64,000 bases of DNA from the human T2T-CHM13v2.0 reference genome, Homo sapiens. The notes beneath the pieces were generated by a model that did no database searches, was not told the DNA's origin, and worked only from the letters and a program-made list of their open reading frames with translations. The stretch lies in the NCBI RefSeq assembly GCF_009914755.1, contig NC_060927.1. One strand, 5' to 3'. Every line of letters starts with the position of its first letter. Positions within the stretch are counted from its first letter, which is position 1. This document shows, piece by piece, positions 41,163 to 51,720 of this stretch. Made by a program: the position numbers and the translations under genes.

Positions 41163-43318
41163 ATGGTTAGCACAACACCTTCAGCCTGCACTTTTCTCAA
41201 GTACATCTTGAGACATTGGGAGTCATCTGATACTCAGACTCTGAAGAGAAAGTGCTTGGAATTTTTCAGTACCAAGGCTTGACCTGGCTATAATTTGGAA
41301 GACAGGGAGGCCTAGCCAACTGGGGGATGCATCAATTATAATACTATCCTACAGCTAGATCTCTTCTGCTGGAGAGAAGGAAAATGGTCTGAAATTCCAC
41401 ATATACTGGCCTTCTTGCCCTGTGGGATAATCCCAAGCTCTGTCAGCAATGTAGAATCGACCCTGCACTTATAACAGTGACATCTATCAAGGCAGATTCA
41501 AACCACACACAGGAGAAAAACCAGTCTGCATCTTTAGATAAGGAGTCAAAGGCACCTGCACCAGCCCAGGTCCCAGCTCCTCTTGGATCATCTTGTACCC
41601 TTTATGTAGGTCCCCATTTAGACCCTCATCCTATTAGAAGAGATCAATATGGACACGCTCTGGAGTCACTTCCTCCTTTACAGGAAATGCCTAGTGGATA
41701 TGATTACTTCAGAGTACAAGTCCCCCTTCTTTACAAGATTTGAAGCAAATGAAAGGGATCTAGGAAAATTTTCTGACAGCCCTGAGAGGTATATTGAAAC
41801 ATTTCAGAACCTTACTCAAGTGTTGGAGCTTTCATGGAAGGATATTATGTTACTTCTCATTCAGGCTCTTAACAGCTTCGAGAAGCAGGCAGCCTTACAG
41901 GCCACTGAGACATTTGGAGATAAAATGATTGTTTATTATTGTGGCACCTCCGCAGAAGGGGAATAAATTAGGGAGCCCTTTCTGATAAGCAAGCAGGCAG
42001 TACCCACTGATGATCCTTGATGGGACTCAGACACTGTTCTAGGAAAGTGACAAAGAAAACATTTTCATGTATGGATATGGGAAGGTCTGAGGAGAACTGC
42101 AGCCAAGCCCCTCAATTACACTGAGTTATCAACCATAAACCAAGGGACTGAAGAGAATCCCTCCATGTTTCTGAAAAAATTGAGAGAGGCTTCAATTAAA
42201 CACACCTCCCTCTCTTTTCTGACTCTATAGAATGACAATTGCTTTTGAAAGACAGGTTTATAACCCAAGATGTTAGAATAAAGCTGCGAAAGTTATCTAT
42301 TGAACCAGACAGTCCTCTACAGAGTCTCCTGAAAGTTGCTACCTCATTCTTTTATAATCAGGACCAGGAGGAAGCCCAAGAAAGGGAGAAAAGGAACTAA
42401 AAAAAGGTGGAGGCACTAATAGCCACCATACAGGCATATAAACCCCGGGATCCCCAGGGAGCTTCTCCTTCTATTAGCAACTGTTATTGTTGTGGCTTCT
42501 TCATTCCCATAGTTTGGTGAGTGGAAGGAAGGATTACCCAGCGGCTTTTTCACTCCCACTGCTTGGCAAATGGGAGGGTTGCAGCTCTTTTATTCCCACT
42601 TCCTGCAGCTCAGCAAATGGAAGGGTTACAGCTCTTTTGTCTCTGCTACCCACACCTCAGTGAATGAGGGTTCACTGAGGGTTATAACTCTATCACTCCT
42701 GTCACCCAAAGCTTGTCGAGTTTTGGATTCTTGTCCCACAACCAAGAGGAATAAGATATGCCGACACCAGAGAGTGAGTAAGGAAGAGAAGAATTTGATT
42801 GAGTGACAGAAATAAAGCTCTCAGTGGCAAGAGGGAACCCTGAAAGCAGGTAGCCATCTGGGAAGCTGATTCTATGATTTTTATAGGCTTAGAGTGGGGC
42901 AGTGTGTGCTGATTGGTCCATTGGTGGCCTTGAAAAGACACCATTCAACTGGTTAAAAGGCATCATCCAGAAGGAACCAATCATGGGAGAGTGGGTGAGA
43001 CAAGGAGAGAGGTTCTCACTCCGGTCATGGAATCTATCCTAAACTGGCAGTTTGTTTTTCAGGTTCAGGCTGTCTTTGGCTTGAAGGTCAGGCTTCACTG
43101 GGGACTTGTCCCTGTCTGCCTAGGAATTTGTCTGTTTCCTGCTGCTGTCATGATCAGTGTGACCAAAGGGGCTACTATGAAAAAGACTGCCTTAGAAATC
43201 AGAAGAAGCCCCAACACCCTGTCCAAGCTATAAGGGAGACCACTGCAAGGTGGACTGTCTCTGGAGATGTAGGTCCCGAGGTTCAGAGCCAGCTTCTCAA
43301 AAGGTCTGAAAGGACTGA
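41163..43318 (+). pseudogene. gag: Decayed gag of a HUERS-P-like provirus (MA, CA, NC), interrupted by a solo LTR
   Basis: MA 'CTFLKYILRHWESSDTQTLKRK', CA 'LGKFSDSPERYIETFQNLTQV', major homology region QGTEENPSMFLKKLREA at 42141, split NC zinc knuckle; many stops and frameshifts. Confidence 0.88.
42488..43150 (-). mobile_element. Solo LTR (LTR27-like) inserted antisense in gag
   Basis: The reverse complement starts tgacagcagcaggaaacagacaaattcctaggcagacaggg, homologous to the 39838 LTR start; 4-bp TSD ttat/tgat. Confidence 0.85.
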
Positions 43319-43349
43319 TAAGTCCCAGAGCTCTCCTCCCCCACTCTGA

Positions 43350-44698
43350 TGGCTCAAACTTCCATTACATAATCCAGGAGCCCCAGGTGACTCCTGAGGT
43401 ATTAATAGAAGAAAAGAAGGTAGACTTTCTACTCAATACCAGAGCTGCCATTTCTGTTCTCCTCTCTAATCCAGGCCTCCCCTCCTCTCTTGGCATGACC
43501 ATGAGGGGCATGTCAGGAAAGCCTCTGAACGATATTTTCCTCAATCCCTTCATTTTAGCTGAGGAGACCTTTTGTTTACTCATGACTTTTAAATCATACC
43601 TGACTGCCTGACTCCTCTGTAAGGTAGGGATACTTTAGCTTGTATGGGAACCACCATCCTTATAGCTCCAGGGAAGATTCTTTGCCTCCCCCTTGGTGGA
43701 GACTGATATTAATCCAGAAATTTGAGCAATTCAGGAAAAAATTGACCAAGCCACAGCAACCATACCAGTCCAAATCAACCTCAAGGGTCCCACTTCCTTC
43801 CCTAACCAAAGACAATATCCCCTAAAAACAGCAGCTAGGAAAGGGCTAGAAGTAATCATTAGTAACCTAAGGATTCAGGGCCTTGTTGCACCCTGCAACA
43901 GCCCTTGTAATATCCCAATATTGGGGGTACAGAAACCCAGCGGGGAATGGAGACTGGTCCAGAACCTCCACCTTATTAATGCGGCTGTGGTTCCAATTTA
44001 TCCAGGGGTTTCCAATCCCTATACTTTGTTAATTCAGATACCCAAGGGAACTAAATCATTTACACCCTTAGATTTAAAAGATGCCATTTTCTGTATACTG
44101 TTACACCTCAACTCCCAATATTTGTTTGCATTTGAGGATCCCTCCAACCAGACCTTTACTCAGGTAACCTGGGTGGTGTTACCTCAGGGATTCTGAGACA
44201 GCCCTGATTTGTTTGGGCAGACATTGTCAAAAGATCTCTCTGAGTTATTTCATGCTCAAAGGTAAAGTCTTATAATATGTAGATGACATTCTCCTCTGTG
44301 CCCCAACTAAGGACATTTCTCAGGAAGGCAGTAGGGCTCTTCTCAATTTTCCTAGCTGACAATGCATATAAAATTTTAAAGTCCAAGGCTCAGCTCTGTC
44401 AGACTTCAGTGAAGTACCTTGGCCTGGTTTTGTCAAAAGGGACCAGGGTACAGGCAAGGAGAGAATTGAATCCATTTCCTCCTTCCTTCTTCCCAAGATG
44501 CTGTGGCAATTAATGGGATTCTTGGGCATTACTGGATTCTGCAGGCTATGGATAGCTGGGTACAGAGAAATAGCTCACCCTTTATACCAATTAATAAAAG
44601 AAACTTAGGAGTTAGGAACCCACTCCTTGATCTGGGAACCTGGGGCTTTATCAGCCTTTGACCAATTAAAGCAAGCCCTACTTGAGGCACCAGCCCTA
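43350..44698 (+). pseudogene. pol: Decayed pro and RT portion of pol, 3'-truncated
   Basis: Protease 'VDFLLNTRAAISVL' (DTG changed to NTR); RT 'WRLVQNL', 'LDLKDAIF', 'LPQGF*DSP', YVDD at 44276, 'VKYLG'. No RNase H, integrase, env or 3' LTR. Confidence 0.9.
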
Positions 44699-44715
44699 GA
44701 TATTAGAAGAATATC

Positions 44716-45270
44716 TGTCTGAAGCTGAGTAGGGTGCAAAACCTTTGGCACCAATCAAGTGAAAAGTTTGCTCAACTTTAATTTTTCAGAGTTGTGTAAG
44801 CTGAAGCAGTTGAGATGTCTATGGTGTCAGCTATTGTTTGTGCTATTAATCTTCAGTCCTCTTCAATTACGACACAAGCAAGATTATATTTTTTCTCATA
44901 AGTTGATGTGGATGGCCTGTCACTGTGAACTTCATTTTCAAGATTATCTTTTCCCTTCTTAAAATGAATTATCTATTTGTAAACTGATGATTTCATTGTT
45001 CCCATAAACTTTTTGTAAAGCATCACTAATTTCACCATTCTTCCACTCAAACTTCACTATACAATTGATGTTTGTCCTTGCTTCAATTTTAGCAGAATTT
45101 GTGTTGCTGTCATAGGGGCCTTTTTCAAATTGATGCCTTTTCCTTAGTGCTTCAAACTAGATCCTGTTCAGACATGTCATGACAAATTGTTGTGTATTTA
45201 TTTTAGTATAAATAATTGAAAACCATGCACAGATTTTTATGATATGCATTTTCCATAAAATTTTGGCTTG
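44716..45270 (-). mobile_element. HSMAR2 mariner 5' fragment with decayed transposase N-terminus
   Basis: The reverse strand reads NSAKIEARTNIN... and continues to the WVP-motif region; the 5' end 'aattttatggaaaatgcatatcataaaaa' matches the recalled HSMAR2 left end. Confidence 0.85.
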
Positions 45271-46132
45271 TATCTACAAGAAACACACTTTAAATATAAA
45301 CATATAAATAGGTTAAAAATAAAAGTATGGAAAGGGGTGCATACCATGCAAACACAATTAAAAATAAAGCCAGAGTAACTATATTAATATCAATGGAAGC
45401 AGACTTTAGGAAAACTAAAATTAAAGAAAGACAAAGAGGAATATTATGTAATGATAAAGTGGCCAGTCTTCCAATGAAACTTAATAAATCTGAATGTGTA
45501 TTCACCTTATAGTATAATTTCAAAATACATGAAACAAAACCTGATAAGAACGAAAATAAAATGTGTCCAATTCACAAAGACAGTTGAAGCCTTTAATAGT
45601 CATCTTTCAATAACCGATAGAATAAGTACACATAAAATGTTAGCATATAGAGAGACCTGAGCAGTACTATCAATCACCTTAACATTGATAGAATATTCCA
45701 ACCAACAATAGTAAAATACACATTTATTTCATGTACTTCAAATATTCATCAAGATCTATGTATTAGGAGCCACAAAACATAACCTAATAAATATTAAGAA
45801 TATAGATATCATGCAAAGTTATGGTTTTAGGCCATTAAGAAATTTAAAAGACTATAAAAGGATTAAACTAGAAGCCCATTAGAAAAAGATATCTAGAAAA
45901 TTATCAAATGTTTGCAATTAAAAAAAATCATCTTCTATGGGTCAAAGAGGAGATCTAAAATAAATGTAAAAAATATTATGAAGTAAGTGGAAATAAAATT
46001 ACAATATCTTAGTGTGTGCGGGACGCAGTTAAAGCAGTGCTTTAAGAGAAACTTATGGCATTAAATGCTTACAAGAGAAAGGATGAAAGTTGCAAATCAG
46101 AAAGCTAAACATCTTTCATAAGAAACTGGGAA

Positions 46133-46428
46133 GGCCAGGCAGAGCGGTTCACACCCATAATCCTGGCACTTTGGGAGGCCAAGGTGGGCTGATTGCTTGA
46201 GTCCAGAAGTTCAAGACCAGCCTGGGTGACATGACAAAACCCTTTCTCTACCAAAAATGCAAAAATTAGCCAGGCTTGGTGGTGTGCACCTATAGTCCCA
46301 CCTACTCAGGAGGCTGAGGTGGGAAGATAACTTGAGCCTGGGTGGCGGAGGTTGTGGTGAAATGAGATTGCACCACTTCACTCCAGTCTGGGCAACAGAG
46401 GGAGTCCACAGCTCAAAACAAAACAAAA
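46133..46428 (+). mobile_element. AluJb
   Basis: Full dimer with 'attgcttgagtccagaagttcaag' and 'gaggctgaggtgggaagataacttgagcctggg'. Confidence 0.9.
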
Positions 46429-46748
46429 GCTAGGAAAAACAAAATGAAAGCAAATTACACATTAAGCAAATAAGGAAATGAAATAATAAAGATAGATAAC
46501 AGCAGAATCAAATACATTTAAAACTAAAAATAATAGAAAATTCAACCAAAAGTGACTTCTTTGCAAAGATCAGTTACAATAATAAACATCAAGATTATCC
46601 AAAAAAAAAAAAAAAGAAAGAAAAGAAAAAAGTCACAGTATACCAATATCAGGAATGTAAAAGAAATCATCACTACAAAGTCCATGGACATTGATAACAA
46701 GGGAACAGCATGAAAAACAAATAGATGAAATAACTATTTGAAAGAAAC

Positions 46749-47101
46749 TGTAATGAACTGCATATTTGTGTCCCTGCCAAGACTCACGTGTTGAAACCCT
46801 AGTTCCAATGTGATAATTGAAAGTGAGACCATAGTTGATGAGAGTGGAGCCCTCATGAGTGGGATTAGTGTCTTTATAAGCAGAATCCAGAGAACTAGCT
46901 AGGTCTTTTTTCTGCCATATGTAAAAAAACACATGAAATCAGCAATCTATAATCCAGAAGAGGGTTCTCGCCAGAACACGGACATGCTGGTACCCTGATC
47001 TTGAACTTTTAGCCTTCTGAACAATGGGGAATAAATGTATATTCCTTACAAGCCACTCAGTCTATAGTACTTTATTATAGTAGCCTGAACTGATTAAAAC
47101 A
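46749..47101 (+). mobile_element. MLT1A-family LTR nested in L1
   Basis: 'gtggagccctcatgagtgggattagtgtctttataag...gctggtaccctgatcttgaac...agccactcagtctatagtac'. Confidence 0.85.
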
Positions 47102-47548
47102 GATATGATCTACAAGACTTCACCCAAGAAGAAACAGATACCCTAAAGATTATTACAATAATTCCAAAATTTGGATTAGTACTTATAAATCTTCCAATGA
47201 AAGAAAATTTCATATACACATAGTTTCACTGATGAAGTCTACCAAACATTCAAGAAAGAAATAATTCAATTTCTATATAATCTTTTCTAGAAAATAGAAG
47301 AGGAGGGAATGCTTGTAAGTTTATTAAATTATTTTATAAGGCCATAGTTACATCAAAACCAAAGATAATAAAAAATTACAAATCATTATATTCATAAGTA
47401 TGTATGAAAAATCTTCAAAATTGTTCTAAATCAATTCTAGCAATATACAAGTAAAGTAAAACAACACTTCACAACCAACCATAGTTTATTCTGTGATTGC
47501 AAGACTGGTTTAATATTTGAGTATTAACCAATGTATTTTATCATATTA

Positions 47549-47628
47549 TTAGGTTGGTGCAAAAGGTATTGCGGTTTTTGCCATTACTTTCAATGGCAAA
47601 AACCGCAATACCTTTTGCACCAGCCTAA
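47549..47628. mobile_element. MADE1 (Hsmar1-derived 80-bp MITE), complete
   Basis: 37-bp inverted arms with a 6-bp spacer (actttc), flanked by TA at 47547-47548 and 47629-47630. Confidence 0.97.
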
Positions 47629-47844
47629 TAAACTAAATAAGAAGAGACATACAATTATTTCAACAAATGCAGAAAAAAAAACTTGACAAACTCCCGATTT
47701 CATTAATGATTTAACACTCTCAGCCAACTGGGAATGGAAAGGATGTCCTCAGCATGGTTAAGAGCATTAACAAAGGACCTGCAGCCAATATCATATGTAA
47801 AGAATTATTTTTCTGCTCCTAAGATAGAAAACAAGAGAAGGGTG

Positions 47845-47880
47845 TCTTATCACTGCTCTTATCACTGGTCTTATCACTGC
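47845..47880. repeat. 3 x 12-bp tandem repeat (tcttatcactgc/g)
   Basis: Read directly; a local triplication within L1 sequence. Confidence 0.9.
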
Positions 47881-48593
47881 TATTCACCAACACACTGGAA
47901 GTCTTGGCAATAAAGCAATGAAAGAAAATAAAGGTATCCAGATTGAAAAAGAATATTCAAAACGTTCTCCATTCACAGACCATATCATTGTGTATCTATG
48001 TAGCCCCAAAGAGTCCACAAAAAAGTCCTAGAATTAAATGAGTTTAGCAAAATTGAAGTGTATAGGTCAATTTATTTAAAAATCTATTGTATTTCTCTAT
48101 ACTCACAAAGAACAATTGGAATTCAAAACATTAAAAAAATACAATCTTCAATAGCACCTTCCGTAACCATTATTCTTACCCCTCTGACACACACATGGAA
48201 AAAATACAACTATTGCCCCATCTAGCTATATATTTTATTCAATTTATGCCCAATTACTGCCAGATAATGAATTTCATACTGTCTTCTTCAACACAGCAGC
48301 CTAAAATTGAGTTGTGCTTGTAAGAAGATCAACCCACTAGAGACCCTTTTATTATGTATGAGAAAGGCCTGAGGACATAAGAGACCTGAGTTTCCTCTGG
48401 AGAGTTGCCCGTTACAATGCAGTCTCCAGCTACCTTATGCACATCTTACCAACAGGCAAGTCATGTTTTAGTTGGTTGTAATGTCTCTGAGTAGACAGAC
48501 ACTGGAGACAAGGACAGACACAGCAAGGCAAGCACAGCAAAACACGATATCATATTTTCCAAAGAAAAAATAATATCACTTAGGGAAATATAA

Positions 48594-48714
48594 ACACAAT
48601 ATACACGCACATACAATATACATGCACAATCTCTCTATACACACAATATATACACACACACACATATATATACACACTATATATGTGTATATATATAATA
48701 TATATGTATATATA
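48594..48714. repeat. Compound (CA)/(TA) low-complexity microsatellite
   Basis: Alternating tata/caca tracts. Confidence 0.8.
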
Positions 48715-50112
48715 AAACACCTTTTCTGTCTCTTCTTCACTGAGTATTCCTCAAATACCAGAAAAATAAGATAAAATAGAAGTGGAAAAGAATAAAATTG
48801 AGGAATGTTACAATGGAAGTCATAAAGGTAGCTAAGAGAAATTAGTATTTGAAAGACATCTACCTTATTATTTTAAGACGTATTACTATGATTTTTATGT
48901 TAGAGTGGCATTATCCATTTTACCTTTTTAAAAAAATAGAGAGAGTCATACTTAATTTTGTTATCAAAGAGTGTCACTGAAAAGTTGTATTCTCCAAGTT
49001 CATTCCAAGTTTGTGACAGTAGGGAAGGCTGCCACGTTGTGGTAAAACAGGATCCTCTTCCCTCAATAATATCAGTAAAATGTGTGTGTAATAGTATCCC
49101 ACTAAGACAGATGTTATGCTCTTGACTTCCCTTCTTAACACCAAGATCTTACAAAATATACCAGGTTTTGTTTGTTTTACTCTTAGCTGTGTTCATTTAT
49201 ACCTCAGCAAAAATAAAACAAGTGTTTTCAGTATTATGTTTCTTGATAAAATCATTTACTTTCACAAAAAGATATTCTCTCTATATGACCTTTAAAGTAC
49301 TTCTCTTTGAAGTGTTTGTAATAACTGTTCTCAAAATTACTATTCTCTGAAAATATTTATTTTTGTTCACATTCAAGATACACATACACACACAAATAAA
49401 TCCATAGTGTATTTAAATGTAAAATACAAAGAATAGCTGAATTTCTTACACAATTGAGCAACAATTAATTTTTGAGCAAATATTATGTATTTGGCTCTGT
49501 GAGGAAAGAAAATAAATTCAGATGGTGGTTTATGCCCACTTCAGGCTTAGTATCTAATTAGAGAGATGTGTTTAATATGTCTTAAGCACTAACAAAGTAA
49601 ATATGTGTGCCATCTTTCATACTGACCAAGAAATCGATGCATCAAGTTTCTTCCTGGAGGAACTTCACATAAAATGATATCCATAGCTTCTCTCTGACTC
49701 CAGAGGAAAAGGAGAAGGCTTGTCTGATTGGGGAATTTAGGAGAAGGAGTTCAGCCTCTTTCTCCTTGTCTTATCCTATCCATTCTGCCTGCTGGCCGAC
49801 AGCATGCCTAATGATCAGGTCTCTGTCAGACTGTATGTTGTAGTTGTCCAAATTTGTGCTAAAATAATAAGCTAACAAACTCAAAACAAGCTGCAATATC
49901 AGTGCATCTTAAACTCTAGGTCAAAACTTCCAACTCAACATTTTCTTGTAATAAAGATGATATTTCAAGTCTTATTCGTCTCATTTGGTTCTAAATTTGT
50001 GTGGGAGGAAGAAACATTAACTTTTGTCACTCCAAAACACCACTTTTGACTATTAATGCAAAGAGAAGCAACAGAAACTGCAGAGCCCTAGGAAATGCCA
50101 AGAGAAGGTAGA

Positions 50113-50618
50113 GCCTGGAATGATTTCTACTGGGCCTGACACGGTTTCTACTGGGCCTGGAATGGTTTCTACTGGGCCTGACACGGTTTCTACTGGGCCT
50201 GGAATGATTTCTACTGGTCCTGACATGATTTCTACTGGGCCTGACACAGTTTCTACTGGGCCTGAAATGGTTTCTACTGGGCCTGACATGGTTTCTACTG
50301 GGCCTGGAATGGTTTCTACTGGGCCTGACATGGTTTCTACTGGGCCTGGAATGGTTTCTACTGGGCCTGACACGGTTTCTACCGGGCCTGAAATGGTTTC
50401 TACCGGGCCTGACACGGTTTCTACTGGGCCTGACACGGTTTCTATCGGGCCTGACACGGTTTCTACCGGGCCTGACATGGTTTCTACTGGGCCTGGAATG
50501 GTTTCTACTGGGCCTGACAGGGTTTCTACCGGGCCTGACACGGTTTCTACCGGGCCTGACACAGTTTCTACTGGTCCTGACATGGTTTCTACTGGGCCTG
50601 ACATGGTTTCTACTGGGC
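50113..50618. repeat. 21-bp minisatellite (VNTR), about 24 copies, consensus GGTTTCTACTGGGCCTGACA(C/T)
   Basis: 24 units counted through the 7-aa periodicity of ORF 50120-50629; no indels between units. Confidence 0.97.
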
Positions 50619-51018
50619 TTGAAGGTTAAGCAAAACTCAGTTAAGTGTAAGAGAAAAGGAATTCAAGGCATGTGGATGACACGAAGAGGAAAAATAATCA
50701 CAGAGGTAGAAATGAAAGTGCTTTATAGGTCGGCCAGGGAAGAAACTGACCCGGCTTTGCTGGATAATTCTCAGGCATTTGTATTGACCATATAAAAACG
50801 AAAGCCTTGAAAAAGTAGACCAAAGAATAAAACTTGATTCAACAGGTAACAAGTAAATATTTCATATACTGGAAAGGGGGAATGAAATGATGAAATAGTT
50901 TTTTTAAAGATAATTCTGTTCATGATATGAAGGAATTGGATGGGGGAGGGAGGGGAAATGGGCAGGCAGACCAAGAGTAAAAGTATCTGGCAGAAACCGT
51001 ATGAAGTCTTAGACTTAA

Positions 51019-51445
<427 letters not shown>

Positions 51446-51569
51446 GGACTTTGTATTTGAATAGTGTTAGAAATCATTCGGAAAGAGGATTGGATTACAA
51501 ATGTACTGATCTGCAGCTTTGATTACCAAGGATTAATTTAGAGAAATTGAAATTTAAAAACTTAAATAG

Positions 51570-51720
51570 GTCTATGGGATAGTTTTGATCTGTCTCTACA
51601 TATAAGGAAACTAGGTATTAAACAGAATTTGTTCAGGTTGTATAAGTTGTGTACAGCTGTGATGATACCAGGCATATGACTTTCTATGTCTAGTTCTCAG
51701 TCCACTAAGCCTTGCTGCTA
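51570..51720 (-). mobile_element. MIR fragment
   Basis: 'tacatataaggaaactagg...ttgttcaggttgtataag...tccactaagccttgctgc' resembles reverse MIR. Confidence 0.5.

Larger units (their letters stand above)
45271..48160 (+). mobile_element. Old L1M ORF2 (endonuclease to RT) remnant, interrupted by AluJb, MLT1A and MADE1
   Basis: Endonuclease motifs LQETHFK and YHAN...KARVTILIS...DF (ORF 45327-45512); later RT-region motifs 'gactggtttaatatt' and 'attcacagaccatatcattgtgta'. Confidence 0.8.

Noticed and set aside
41649-44513. Retroviral ORFs as a potentially functional gag/pol
   Set aside because: Multiple stops and frameshifts, a mutated protease active site, a stop within the LPQG motif region and 3' truncation.
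50113-50618. Regular repeat array superficially like a CRISPR array or a mucin exon
   Set aside because: Units are head-to-tail with no unique spacers and the context is eukaryotic. There is no signal peptide, clear splice framing or neighbouring exon to support a mucin gene.
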